Of a DNA stretch of 64,000 bases, positions 51,566 through 61,904 are shown in pieces (position 1 is the first letter of the stretch; the number at the start of each line of letters is the position of its first letter). Source of the stretch: Candidatus Kapaibacterium sp. (GTDB lineage: Bacteria; Bacteroidota; Ignavibacteria; Kapaibacteriales; UBA2268); contig OY762428.1 in assembly GCA_963665665.1 (NCBI GenBank), positions 2,592,001 through 2,656,000 of the forward strand, in the 5' to 3' direction. The notes under the pieces are model-generated. The model was not told the origin of the DNA and did not search any database. It saw only the letters and a program-made list of their open reading frames with translations. The position numbers were made by a program, and so were the translations under genes.

Positions 51566-52522
51566 TCATTCATCTCTTACACAACGGATAGAAGCGCCAA
51601 TTTCGGCGAAAATACACATGCCAAGACTCCAACCGCTATTATCACCATCAAGAATAAGATACCTAACAGTATTATCTATTTTGTACCAAAAAGCTGCAAA
51701 ACTTCTTTTACCATAGTATTTTCCTTTTTCTTCCCATCTTATGCCCCCCGGAAGTGCACCGAAGCCGGTAATATTATTTATTGTCGGAGAATAATTATCC
51801 CAAAATGTGGAATCATTTGATTTCAGCATATCTCCTATTCCTTTTTCAGCACTGATTGAGTAGTTAGAATCTATTTCTTCCTGGGTCATCCCAAGATGAA
51901 TAAAAAGTTTGTCCCAATCTTTTTTAAGCGCAACGTGCCAGCCTTCAGGCGCTAAATACATACCTTTATGTTCCACAAGAGCATAGTATCCGTATAACTT
52001 TCCAACTGTATCATTTTTTTTTCCGTTATTAGGGTAGCACCACGCGTGATAGCAATATTTTTCCCAATCTTCATCACTTAAAGCTCTTACAAGCCTGTCA
52101 CCGTTAGGATATTCGATTATATTCAGATTCCTCTTCATCCATACCTGCCTGCCGATGGCAACCGAGGGGAAACCTCCGAAGGATTTTACGGTGAAATACA
52201 GCTCGTTGCTTTCCTCTTCTGCTTTTTTCACAATTCTGACCTTACCGCTTACTGCACCTGTCGGTATTGTCAGGTGAATAACCGTGTCGGCCCATATTCT
52301 GTAGCTTTCGGCAGGAATATCGTTGAAATATACCAGGCTGCTTCCTCTTTCCCCACCGAAATTCTTCCCGTGAAGAATAATATCGTCACCATTATCCGAG
52401 GCTGTGGGAAATATTTCAATCAGCTGCGGCATAGTTTCATTGTTTATAATGTTATTGCTTTCCTCATCATCAGTGCATGACAGGAGAAGCAGGCTTATGA
52501 ATAATACCTGAAAAAATTTCAT
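51566..52522 (-). CDS. Lipoprotein with IPT/TIG and FISUMP (Fib_succ_major) domains, paralog A
   Basis: LLLS-C lipobox; IGRQVWMKRNL, GKLY, APEGWHV, GFGALPGG, SIRCVRD. Confidence 0.85.
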   Translation of the reverse strand: MKFFQVLFISLLLLSCTDDEESNNIINNETMPQLIEIFPTASDNGDDIILHGKNFGGERGSSLVYFNDIPAESYRIWADTVIHLTIPTGAVSGKVRIVKKAEEESNELYFTVKSFGGFPSVAIGRQVWMKRNLNIIEYPNGDRLVRALSDEDWEKYCYHAWCYPNNGKKNDTVGKLYGYYALVEHKGMYLAPEGWHVALKKDWDKLFIHLGMTQEEIDSNYSISAEKGIGDMLKSNDSTFWDNYSPTINNITGFGALPGGIRWEEKGKYYGKRSFAAFWYKIDNTVRYLILDGDNSGWSLGMCIFAEIGASIRCVRDE

Positions 52523-52608
52523 TTTACTATTTCCATTATTTATATAAGATAATTGTTGAAATTCTTAAGGGTTTTCTTATTGCTTTCAGAGACTTTTAAA
52601 CAATATTC

Positions 52609-53565
52609 TCACTCATCCCTTACACAACGGATAGAATGTCCACCTGGGTCAATATTCCATGGGGAAATCAGGATCATACTACTTTTATAATAGATATGTA
52701 TTGTTCCACACCATATTTCATTATTATTATCGTACCACCAACTTGCTGTTTCGCCTTTGCTCATGTATATACCTTTTTCTCCGTTAATATAGCCTGTAGG
52801 TAATGCACTAAAACCGGTACTATTTGTTGAACCGGGAAATAAATCAACCCAAAGTCCTTTGTCATTATCTGTTAAATATGCTGCTAAGTCAAAACTACTA
52901 AATTTATTTGAATCAAGTAAAACTTTGTCGGCACCAAGATAAGCAAGCAGTTCATCCCAATCCTTTTTCAATGCAACATGCCATCCATTGGGGGCGATAT
53001 TATTTTTTTCCGGATAAAGGATTACTTCATCCCCATATAATTTTCCTAGTTTTTCATCCATTGTTTCTGCCGGATATGCCCAACAGAAGAATCCATTTGT
53101 GCGTATCCAATCAGAAGGATCAAGTCGCCTTTCAAGTCTTGTTCCATTTCTGCATTCTATCAATCCAAGATTCCTCTTCATCCATACCTGCCTGCCGATG
53201 GCAACCGACGGGAAACCTCCGAAGGATTTTACGGTGAAATACAGCTCGTTGCTTTCCTCTTCTGCTTTTTTCACAATTCTGACCTTACCGCTTACTGCAC
53301 CTGTCGGTATTGTCAGGTGAATAACCGTGTCGGCCCATATTCTGTAGCTTTCGGCAGGAACATCGTTGAAATATACCAGGCTGATTCCTCTTTCCCCGCC
53401 GAAATTCTTCCCGTGAAGAATAATATCGTCACCATTATCCGAGGCTGTGGGAAATATTTCAATCAGCTGCGGCATAGTTTCGTTGTTTATTATGTTATTG
53501 CTTTCCTCATCATCAGTGCATGACAGTAGTAGCAGGCTTATGAAAAATACCGGAAAATATTTCAT
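52609..53565 (-). CDS. Lipoprotein with IPT/TIG and FISUMP domains, paralog B
   Basis: Same motifs; N-terminal ~130 aa nearly identical to paralog A. Confidence 0.85.
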   Translation of the reverse strand: MKYFPVFFISLLLLSCTDDEESNNIINNETMPQLIEIFPTASDNGDDIILHGKNFGGERGISLVYFNDVPAESYRIWADTVIHLTIPTGAVSGKVRIVKKAEEESNELYFTVKSFGGFPSVAIGRQVWMKRNLGLIECRNGTRLERRLDPSDWIRTNGFFCWAYPAETMDEKLGKLYGDEVILYPEKNNIAPNGWHVALKKDWDELLAYLGADKVLLDSNKFSSFDLAAYLTDNDKGLWVDLFPGSTNSTGFSALPTGYINGEKGIYMSKGETASWWYDNNNEIWCGTIHIYYKSSMILISPWNIDPGGHSIRCVRDE

Positions 53566-53577
53566 TTTTTTCTCCTC

Positions 53578-54954
53578 TTATTTCAATATTACTAATTTTT
53601 CAACACGGGAGTCGGTTCCGCGAATTACCCTGAGAAAATACATTCCGTTAGCAATTCCGGAAGTGTTCAGATCGGCCCGGATACCTGAAGAAATTTCCTT
53701 TTCCAGTATTATATTCGAATTAATGTCCAATAATTGAATTTTTGCAGGGATGTTTGAACTTCTGTCAAAATTTATATGCACTTTGCTTCCCGCAGGATTT
53801 GGGAAAACTGAAAATTCTGCCAGTTTATTGTCATCAATACCAACAGGATCGGCAAACCATTTGGCGTTCAGCAGTGTAAGTTTCTTGTAGGATTGGCAGA
53901 GAATATATTTATTGTCCGGGGAAACCTGGAAATACCCCAGATCCGGGAATTCATATATCCTTATTTCTTCCTCATTTTCAATATCAATCACATAAAGTTT
54001 GCAAACCTTATCTTCATAACTTGACACAAGGCAAAATTTTGAATCCATTGAAAAACACATATAACGGCAGCTCGCTAATTCACCGCCAAAATAGATACTG
54101 TCAAGTTTTTCTAACGTATAAGCATCAAAATAAACAATCAGATATGTAGATGTTGCCTGGAAAATTCTTTTTCCGTCAGGAGTAAATTGCACTTCCCAGG
54201 TATTAATATTATTACCTACATAAGGATTGCTTCCATAAAAGACTAAACCTGAGAATCTCGAAATATTTTCCCAATAATTCATTTCCATTATTTTTTGCGA
54301 GAAAGACCAATAGCTGTGATAATCAATATCAAGTGACATAGCAGTAAATAATATTTTAGAATTGTTAGGTGAAAATCTAAATTGATAAAAATTTGGCTTG
54401 CCAAAATAATCAAGATTATATTCACGCTTATAAATTACTTCTTCAGAATCAATATCAAACACCATGAGATTGTTTTCACCACATGATTCATCGTAAGCAG
54501 TGTAATTACCGGTTTTACAACAAGCAAAAAGATATTTTCCGTCATAGTTGAATTTTCCTGTAAATCTGCTACCTTCCTGAAAAGTAAAATATTTTTTCAC
54601 ACCCGGGTCTTCAAGGCTGACTAAATGTATCGTATCATTTATTGCGCCGGGGAACATCAGCCATTTTCCGTTGTTGGAGACTTCGAAGGAAATACTTTCA
54701 AAATCATCCAGTACCCCGGGATATGGAAAATCGCGGATAAATGAGCCGTCTGAAACATTTCTTTCCTCAACGCATTTTTTTTTCGGATCTACTACGAAAA
54801 AAGTGTTTCCGTCGGGATGAAATTGAAACATCCCGAAACCCTCGCCGTGTGAATCTTTTGTTAATTCCCAGGCTATATCCGGCAATTCATCACCCCTGGA
54901 TAAGCTAATGACAGTAATAAAAACAATGATTACTGAAATAAAAGGGTACCTCAT
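53578..54954 (-). CDS. WD40-like beta-propeller protein with T9SS sorting domain
   Basis: FHPDG, FSPNN, FTPDG, VSPDN blades; VFPNPA...NGMYFLRV CTD. Confidence 0.82.
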   Translation of the reverse strand: MRYPFISVIIVFITVISLSRGDELPDIAWELTKDSHGEGFGMFQFHPDGNTFFVVDPKKKCVEERNVSDGSFIRDFPYPGVLDDFESISFEVSNNGKWLMFPGAINDTIHLVSLEDPGVKKYFTFQEGSRFTGKFNYDGKYLFACCKTGNYTAYDESCGENNLMVFDIDSEEVIYKREYNLDYFGKPNFYQFRFSPNNSKILFTAMSLDIDYHSYWSFSQKIMEMNYWENISRFSGLVFYGSNPYVGNNINTWEVQFTPDGKRIFQATSTYLIVYFDAYTLEKLDSIYFGGELASCRYMCFSMDSKFCLVSSYEDKVCKLYVIDIENEEEIRIYEFPDLGYFQVSPDNKYILCQSYKKLTLLNAKWFADPVGIDDNKLAEFSVFPNPAGSKVHINFDRSSNIPAKIQLLDINSNIILEKEISSGIRADLNTSGIANGMYFLRVIRGTDSRVEKLVILK

Positions 54955-55202
54955 AATATTTCCCCGAGTAATTAATAAACAGACTTGCTGCCCGCGATGG
55001 CAGTTCAGGTCATTTAATTTTTAAAGGGAAAAAATTGCCATTCAATATGATAATATTTCACAATAGTTAACCAACAGACAAATTTAGTGATATTTTTGTT
55101 TTCTACCAATAAATAAAAAATAATTTTTATACTTCTCTAACGTAATTAATTCCATCGTGTATATTTAAATAACACGATGATGACAAAAAGAGCAGGCATA
55201 AT

Positions 55203-55769
55203 TTGAAAAGGGATATAAAAACATATAGCGACAAACAACTGGTAGCTTTGATGCAGGAAAGCAGAAAAAGCTCCGATGCCGCTTTCACGGAAATTTACGA
55301 CCGCTACGGCCTGAGAATTAACGCTTATATCAGGACTATCGTGAATGACTACGAGCAGGCCGAGGATATTTTCCAGGAAACATTCCTGAAATTTTACCAA
55401 TATGCAAGGTCGGACTTCAAGGGCGGCAGTATTATCGGTTTTCTGATAACAATTGCCAGGAATCTTTGCCTTAATGCAAAGCGCGATAAAAAGCATACTG
55501 TTCCCATCGAGGAGTTTAATTTCGTCTTCCAGGATGCTGTGAAGTACGAGGACAAAGAAATGGCAGAGCTGGTAATAATGGCTATGGATTTGATCGGAGA
55601 GAACCATAAGGAAGCGATGACACTGCGTTATTTCAATGGCTTGCGTTATGCTGAAATTGCCGAGATACTTGAGATAACCAATGCACGTGCAAGATACCTG
55701 GTTTTCTCGGGGAAGCAAAAGATCAAAGATGTTTTACATCCCTATTTAAAAGAACTGACAAGTAACTAA
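55203..55769 (+). CDS. ECF RNA polymerase sigma factor
   Basis: AFTEIYDRY, AEDIFQETFLK, IARNLCLN, GLRYAEIAEIL. Confidence 0.92.
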   Translation: MKRDIKTYSDKQLVALMQESRKSSDAAFTEIYDRYGLRINAYIRTIVNDYEQAEDIFQETFLKFYQYARSDFKGGSIIGFLITIARNLCLNAKRDKKHTVPIEEFNFVFQDAVKYEDKEMAELVIMAMDLIGENHKEAMTLRYFNGLRYAEIAEILEITNARARYLVFSGKQKIKDVLHPYLKELTSN

Positions 55770-55775
55770 ACCGGT

Positions 55776-57005
55776 GTGTTTATGAATTATAGTAAATTGA
55801 TACACGATTTTCTCGAAGGCAATATTTCCAAAAAGGATGAATCTGCCCTGTTTATGAGTATGTCATCACATGATGAGCTGCGGAGCGAATTGAAGCAGGC
55901 AATCAAAATAGACAAGGCTTTTGAAACACGCCTCAGTGCAATGGCTCCTTCTGCCAAAACAACCATGGGGATATTTAATAAGCTTGGTATTGTAGCGCCC
56001 GGTGCTGCTGCGGCTACTGCCGCTGCTCCTAAAACGGGATTCTTCGGCAACGTGTTCTCGAAATTCGGGCAGGGGCTGGTTGGAGCCGGAATTGCATCAT
56101 TATTATTTGTGGGAACTTATTTTACATTCCTCAATAACGGAAACGGACAGGGCTCGGATAATATACAAAAAGCCGTGCCTGTGATCACTTCCATCGAGGA
56201 TGAGAACAAACCGGATGCCAAACCTGCTGATAATATTAACCCGCAAGTAAATAATAGTTCCGAGGAAAAAGTAAAAACAGTTATAAAATATGTTTATATC
56301 GACCGCTCGGCTGATAAATCAGATGATCAAATTGATCCTGCCCATGCTGAAAATACTTCTGCCGGGGATAGTCAGTCTCCAAATCTGATTAATTCCAAAG
56401 AGCTGAATAATATTAACTATTACAATGAACTTTATCCCGAAGGATTCTTATCGGAAAATAATTTTACACCTGTTCCAGCAATGGACTATGAACCATTGTC
56501 CAAAAATCTTAATATTCCATCATTCTACGGCCTTGCATTTGAAATAAGGGCTGTAAGAAACTGGACTAATCCCGAATCGGAAGATGTTCATTCCACAACT
56601 CCGAAATTGAACAATATGGGGGCTGCCGTATTCTACGAGTTAAGCCCGAGAATGCTTGTAGGCCTTGATTTCCGCCAGGAGAAATTCTACCAGAAATTTG
56701 AAGGAAAAGATCAGTTCAATGACCTTTACGAGTACAGGCAATTTTCCAATTATCTCGGCATTTCTGCAGCTCTGCGTTATAGATTAATTTATGACAGTTC
56801 TTATAATATTTTCGGGCAGATGAATCTTGGCGGTGTGCAGACAGGTTTCCTCGGAAGGATTTCCGGCGGACTCGAAATTACGCCTTCGGATTCATACAGC
56901 ATGATAATCAGCCTTGAAGGCAGCTCCATGCTGTTCAAACATCAGAATTCATGGTGGATTGCTCCGAAGTATGGCGTTAACTATGGTTTCAATATAAAAC
57001 TTTAA
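55776..57005 (+). CDS. Probable anti-sigma factor with TM and C-terminal beta-barrel-like domain
   Basis: Follows the ECF sigma; LIHDFLEG N-domain, one TM, low-complexity linker, beta-rich C terminus ending YGVNYGFNIKL. Confidence 0.6.
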   Translation: MFMNYSKLIHDFLEGNISKKDESALFMSMSSHDELRSELKQAIKIDKAFETRLSAMAPSAKTTMGIFNKLGIVAPGAAAATAAAPKTGFFGNVFSKFGQGLVGAGIASLLFVGTYFTFLNNGNGQGSDNIQKAVPVITSIEDENKPDAKPADNINPQVNNSSEEKVKTVIKYVYIDRSADKSDDQIDPAHAENTSAGDSQSPNLINSKELNNINYYNELYPEGFLSENNFTPVPAMDYEPLSKNLNIPSFYGLAFEIRAVRNWTNPESEDVHSTTPKLNNMGAAVFYELSPRMLVGLDFRQEKFYQKFEGKDQFNDLYEYRQFSNYLGISAALRYRLIYDSSYNIFGQMNLGGVQTGFLGRISGGLEITPSDSYSMIISLEGSSMLFKHQNSWWIAPKYGVNYGFNIKL

Positions 57006-57012
57006 GCAGCGG

Positions 57013-57666
57013 ATGAAAAGAGTAAAATATATATCTTTTTTAGCAATGCTGTTAGTATTAGCAGGATTCTATTCATGCGATGACAGCCTTGGTTACGATC
57101 CGAATGTGGAAAGCACTTTGCTGGAAAAGGATATTAATATTGAAGAGCCGGATACAAGCGATAATTCAGGGAATCCTGATCCCGAATTAACTGTGAAGAT
57201 TGACTCGATTTCCTACCAGTTCTATGAAACAATCAGGCCCGGATGGATCAATTTTGACTGGAAGTATTCATCTGATAATGATGTAAAGTTGATGCTTGAC
57301 GAGGAAGACAGGCTTTATCTGCAGCTGTCAGTAAAATTGAATAATACCAATACAGACAGGGAATTAGAAAACAGGTATGATTATATCAGCTATTTTGAAA
57401 TGGATTTTATGTCAGAAGTAAAAACAACTGCTTTTGCTCTTGATAAGGGATCAACATCCAACCGCTGGGCTTATATTGAAATAACTAAGTTGCCTGATTC
57501 TAAATACCAGTATAACGGTTCAACTCTCAGGTATGCGCCGGTCCTGAATATGACTCACGATGATGAAAAGCATATAATTACCTGCCAGATACATGTTTTC
57601 CTGAAAAAAAATTATTTCCATACAGAGGATTTTGGCGGTTTGATACACGTGTATTACAGTTATTGA
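57013..57666 (+). CDS. Hypothetical lipoprotein
   Basis: Signal peptide ending FYS-C-DD. Confidence 0.72.
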   Translation: MKRVKYISFLAMLLVLAGFYSCDDSLGYDPNVESTLLEKDINIEEPDTSDNSGNPDPELTVKIDSISYQFYETIRPGWINFDWKYSSDNDVKLMLDEEDRLYLQLSVKLNNTNTDRELENRYDYISYFEMDFMSEVKTTAFALDKGSTSNRWAYIEITKLPDSKYQYNGSTLRYAPVLNMTHDDEKHIITCQIHVFLKKNYFHTEDFGGLIHVYYSY

Positions 57667-57784
57667 CGATTACTTACCAAACATAGATTTCTTCTTTATT
57701 TGCACTCATAACCAACAACACCTATCCGGCTTTGCAGCCGGATTGTTTTTTGATAAATAGCCAGAGTTCCGGGCTGTCTTTGCC

Positions 57785-58093
57785 TTCCCCTGTGCTTTCC
57801 GAGTGTTTCCTCATGCTTTCCGAGCGTTCCCCCGTGCTTTCCGAGCATTCCCTCATGCTTTCTGAGCGTTCCCCCGTGCTTTCCGAGCATTCCCTCATGC
57901 TTTCCGAGCGTTCCCTCATGCTTTCCGAGCATTCCCCCGTGCTTTCTGAGCATTCCCTCATGCTTTCCGAGCATTCCCTCATGCTTTCCGAGCATTCCCT
58001 CATGCTTTCTGAGCGTTCCCCCGTGCTTTCTGAGCGTTCCCCCGTGCTTTCTGAGCGTTCCCCCGTGCTTTCTGAGCGTTCCCCCGTGCTTTC
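57785..58093. repeat. 21-bp minisatellite, about 14.5 units
   Basis: Unit TGCTTTC(C/T)GAGC(A/G)TTCCC(TCA/CCG); TGCTTT recurs every 21 nt from 57793 to 58087. Confidence 0.95.
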
Positions 58094-58394
58094 GTAATTA
58101 TTATTTTGGACATAATTTAGCTCAGATAAGGGACAGTGTGTATCTATAGATATTACGAAAGCAATATCAGGAGCAGTTGAATTGTAAAATATTCCGGGAT
58201 TACGATTTTTAAGTATCATTTTTTATTAAAATGGTTTAGATGTTTCGGAGAATATAAACATAATATTGCCGGAAGCAAGGGTAAATAATAATTATAATGC
58301 TGAGAGTTGCTTCTATAAAACGGAGTGTCTGGATTGATAACGAAATAAAGAATAATATCGGGAACTTAATCATGTTTCCTGATATTTGCAGGGC

Positions 58395-59480
58395 TTACAT
58401 GATAAAGTATATTCCGTTGTAGGAGAAACTCAGGCCGAGAATAATTATCGTTGCCCAGCCGATTGTTTTTCTTGTTGCGCCGATATCGTCATAATCGCCC
58501 ACCGGGGGATGAGGCAGCTTTAGGAAAAACTTTGCGATCAGTCCCCAGAACAGCCAGCCTCCCCATCCCTGAAAGTACCAGGGAATAATATCATGGAGCA
58601 TATCCAGCGGTGGATAAAAAATACTTTGTATAAACTGAGCCGTGCTGCTTTCGAAAGTGCTCCCGAGGAATAAATATAATTCGTTAATGATTGATCCCGA
58701 GCCTATTGCAATCATTACTATCCATAAAATTTTTGCAATTTTTTTCTGTTTCTTTCCGAACATGGAGTAAAGTATATGCCCCCCGTCGAGCTGTCCGAAA
58801 GGCAGCATATTCAGGGTTGTAACAAACAGCCCGAACCAGCCTACATTCAGAAATGGATAATGATATATTTCATTCATTGGGGGAAGGAACCCATCGTGAT
58901 TTGCAAACAATTTAGCAAATATTGTATATAGAAGTGTATCGCCGAAAAACAGGCTTGTTTCTGGAATTTTTCCGCCGTTTTCAAGGTATTCCGGGTGGAT
59001 GCTGTAAATAAAATCAATTCCCGGAAGTGTTTGCAATCCGATGATAAGAAAGATAATGCAGACTATGAAACCGGCAATCGGGCCGGCAGCCCCAATATCA
59101 AAGAGGGCTTTGCGGCTTGGTATGGGAGAGCGGGTTTTTATAACGGCTCCGAAAGTACCGAAATTGATCGGGAATATATAATATAGCGGGGGAAATGGTA
59201 TAAAAAATGGCAGCGAAGCCTTCACTCCATGTGCCTTTGCAGCGAAGTAATGTCCAAATTCATGGGCGCTCAGGAATGTCAGTATCAGGACTGCGTAAAG
59301 CAATCCTTCACCCCATGTTGTTATTTCAAATACATTTGCTCCTGCCCATGCAGCCCCGGCTATTACACATGTAAGAAATGTAAATAAAAACAGTATAATG
59401 TGAGTACTTGCTTTACTTTCCCTTCCGGGATGTTGTGATTTCAGCCCGAGGGCTATTAATATTTTTCTTATAAAACCCAT
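58395..59480 (-). CDS. Site-2 protease (M50 family)
   Basis: AHEFGH, IGAAGP, NMLPFGQLDGGH. Confidence 0.93.
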   Translation of the reverse strand: MGFIRKILIALGLKSQHPGRESKASTHIILFLFTFLTCVIAGAAWAGANVFEITTWGEGLLYAVLILTFLSAHEFGHYFAAKAHGVKASLPFFIPFPPLYYIFPINFGTFGAVIKTRSPIPSRKALFDIGAAGPIAGFIVCIIFLIIGLQTLPGIDFIYSIHPEYLENGGKIPETSLFFGDTLLYTIFAKLFANHDGFLPPMNEIYHYPFLNVGWFGLFVTTLNMLPFGQLDGGHILYSMFGKKQKKIAKILWIVMIAIGSGSIINELYLFLGSTFESSTAQFIQSIFYPPLDMLHDIIPWYFQGWGGWLFWGLIAKFFLKLPHPPVGDYDDIGATRKTIGWATIIILGLSFSYNGIYFIM

Positions 59481-59638
59481 TGTTAATTTGATAGTATCAG
59501 TATTGAAAATGTTTTGAGTAATTTTTTAATTTATACCAGTTTGTTTGTCGGATCTTTTTTTAATCCCAAATCCTTCTTCTTTCGGATAAGATATCCGAAA
59601 GAGTATGGGTAAAGAGTTCACAATTTTAAAAAAATTAC

Positions 59639-61795
59639 TTACCTTATCCTTCTTAATAGTATTGCTGCGTCCTTATATTGCGGATTAACTTCCAAAGCCC
59701 TTTGCAGCAGTTGAACGGCCTGCGGACGTTTCCCAATAGTGGCAAGAATTCTCGCGGCATAATAAAGTGTTTCAACATCATTAGGATAAATACCAAGATG
59801 TTTCAGGTAGCAATCCAGTGCCTTACGGGGTTTTCCGATTTTTTCGTAGCTCATACCGCAGAACTTACTTACTCCGAGATAATCGGGTTTGGCATTAACG
59901 ATTACGGAGTAGTCTTTAATTGCTTTTTCAAAGTCTTCCATGTAATAATAGCAGGTAGCCCTGTTGAAAAGGTGTTTGATATTACCGGGTTCCAGGTTCA
60001 GCGCCCGTGAATAGTTTTCAATAGCAGCGTCATATTGTTTAGCAAGGAAATAAACTTCGCCGATTGAAGAATAAATTGAAGGAACACGGGGTGAAATTTT
60101 CAGTGCTCTTTGGTAATCGGCTATGGCACTGTCGGCCATTCCCGCACCCTTGTAAGCATTGCCTCGGTTGATATAGTTGTTGATCAGGTCCGGGTATTCC
60201 TTAATAAACCTTGTATAATTGGCAACTGCACTGTCCCACATCTGCAACTTGTAGTAAGCATTTGCAAGATTATTATAATTTGCGTAACTCCATTTGTTCA
60301 TGTGCAGTATTCGGGCGTAATCATCAGCAGCCTCGCGGAAATTTTCCATTTTCATGTATGTATTTCCCCTGTTCTGCAGGGCAAAATCAAAATCAGGATA
60401 AAGGTCCAGCGCCCAGTTGAAATCCTCAAGGGCTTTATCGTAATCCCCGGCATTGTAATATGCCATACCCCTGCCGTTATATGGCCTGGCTTTGTTTGGA
60501 GATTTTTCAATAGCATCGCTCCATAATGCCATGGGGTTTTCCCAAACGGTATTTCGGGAAATAGTGCAGGCCAGGAAGATCAATATAATTGCGGCATTAA
60601 TTCCGATAGCGGCTGTCTTTTTCTTCTTCAAAAGGCCGAAAAGGAAGAGATTAAATACAAGTATGATACCAAAAATCGGCAGGTAAACCCTGTGTTCCAC
60701 CATCACATCCAGGATGGGGATAAAACTTGATTCTATACTGATTGTAAGGAAGAACCAGAAAATACCAAAGGACGCAAGCCTGTTTTTTCTGAACAGAATA
60801 ATTGCAAATATTATAATTGCCAATAGAATTGCCGCCCCGCCCATTACCGGGAATTCAAAGAAACTTGTGGCAACTTCTACATTGTGGTCAATGTTCTGGC
60901 CAGCCGGAAAGAATATCATCTTCAGGTATTCCGGAATAACCTTCAGCTGGGTATAGAAATATGTAAAGTTATCAATAGTTTCGCCGGTATATGCCGTATA
61001 TTCCTTTATTATAAGGCGGTACATCCTGAATTTAATAAAAATAAAAGCCCCGCCTGCAAGCGGCAGAAGGAATAAAAGTATATACCTGAATTTGATCTTT
61101 CTTGAGAAAAGGAAAATCTCGATCATGATTATCATAATCGGGAGTGTAAAACCGTTTTCCTTCGAGAACATTGCCATAACAAGAGTTAGAAATGCCGGCC
61201 CAAAATACCTGATCTTTTTTGTAAACCCTCCCTGTTCAATCCTGCCCATGATATATAATAATACCGTACTTAGATAAAACAGAGTTACTATTGAAGTCAG
61301 GCGCTGGTAGATATAAGCTACGGCCTGGGTTTGCATGGGGTGGACGATGAAAATCAGTGCGGTAAGCAAAGCAATGTATTTAGCATATTCTTTTTGGGAA
61401 GAATTCTCAAGCGCCGGAGTTTCGAACAGTAACAAAACAAGGCGCCATACCAGCATTCCGTTTATTATATGGATAAGTATATTGAACAAATGATAGGAAT
61501 ACAGGTCGAATCCGGATATTGCATAGTTTATGGCAAAAGTATAAAAAGAAACAACACGGAAACGGTTTATCCCGAAAATTTCCGAGAAGTTACCGAGGTC
61601 CCTTAACTGAGAGAAGTTCATCCAGACATGGTCATCGAAGTTGGCTTCGTTACCGAAAATATTGATATAAGCTATTGTACATAAAATAATTATCAGCATT
61701 CCGCCAAGATAAAGATAGTTCCTGCCCTGGAACAACTCGTCGATATTGAAATTTGATTTTTTAATCTTTTTGGATTTTCCGCTTTTCCCTGCCAT
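59639..61795 (-). CDS. TMTC-like membrane glycosyltransferase with C-terminal TPR repeats
   Basis: FDD acidic motif, HPMQTQAVAYI, SKE, EHRVYLP, RNTVW...LWSDA; multiple TPRs. Confidence 0.85.
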   Translation of the reverse strand: MAGKSGKSKKIKKSNFNIDELFQGRNYLYLGGMLIIILCTIAYINIFGNEANFDDHVWMNFSQLRDLGNFSEIFGINRFRVVSFYTFAINYAISGFDLYSYHLFNILIHIINGMLVWRLVLLLFETPALENSSQKEYAKYIALLTALIFIVHPMQTQAVAYIYQRLTSIVTLFYLSTVLLYIMGRIEQGGFTKKIRYFGPAFLTLVMAMFSKENGFTLPIMIIMIEIFLFSRKIKFRYILLFLLPLAGGAFIFIKFRMYRLIIKEYTAYTGETIDNFTYFYTQLKVIPEYLKMIFFPAGQNIDHNVEVATSFFEFPVMGGAAILLAIIIFAIILFRKNRLASFGIFWFFLTISIESSFIPILDVMVEHRVYLPIFGIILVFNLFLFGLLKKKKTAAIGINAAIILIFLACTISRNTVWENPMALWSDAIEKSPNKARPYNGRGMAYYNAGDYDKALEDFNWALDLYPDFDFALQNRGNTYMKMENFREAADDYARILHMNKWSYANYNNLANAYYKLQMWDSAVANYTRFIKEYPDLINNYINRGNAYKGAGMADSAIADYQRALKISPRVPSIYSSIGEVYFLAKQYDAAIENYSRALNLEPGNIKHLFNRATCYYYMEDFEKAIKDYSVIVNAKPDYLGVSKFCGMSYEKIGKPRKALDCYLKHLGIYPNDVETLYYAARILATIGKRPQAVQLLQRALEVNPQYKDAAILLRRIR

Positions 61796-61853
61796 AACAC
61801 TTGTGTTTTAATATGAATAATATATGATCTCAATATAATGCTATTGAAGAAAT

Positions 61854-61888
61854 AAAAAAAGCGGATTACCCTGTTAGACAATCCGCTT
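61854..61888 (-). terminator. Terminator of the LamG gene
   Basis: AAGCGGATT...AATCCGCTT plus T run on the minus strand. Confidence 0.7.
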
Positions 61889-61904
61889 AATCAGAAACTT
61901 AAAA

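Noticed and set aside
51566-53565. Diversity-generating retroelement
   Set aside because: No reverse transcriptase or template repeat in the window; paralog differences include indels and are not adenine-restricted.
55146-55718. 190-aa minus-strand ORF
   Set aside because: Antisense shadow of the ECF sigma gene.
57785-58093. CRISPR array
   Set aside because: Contiguous 21-bp units with no spacers.
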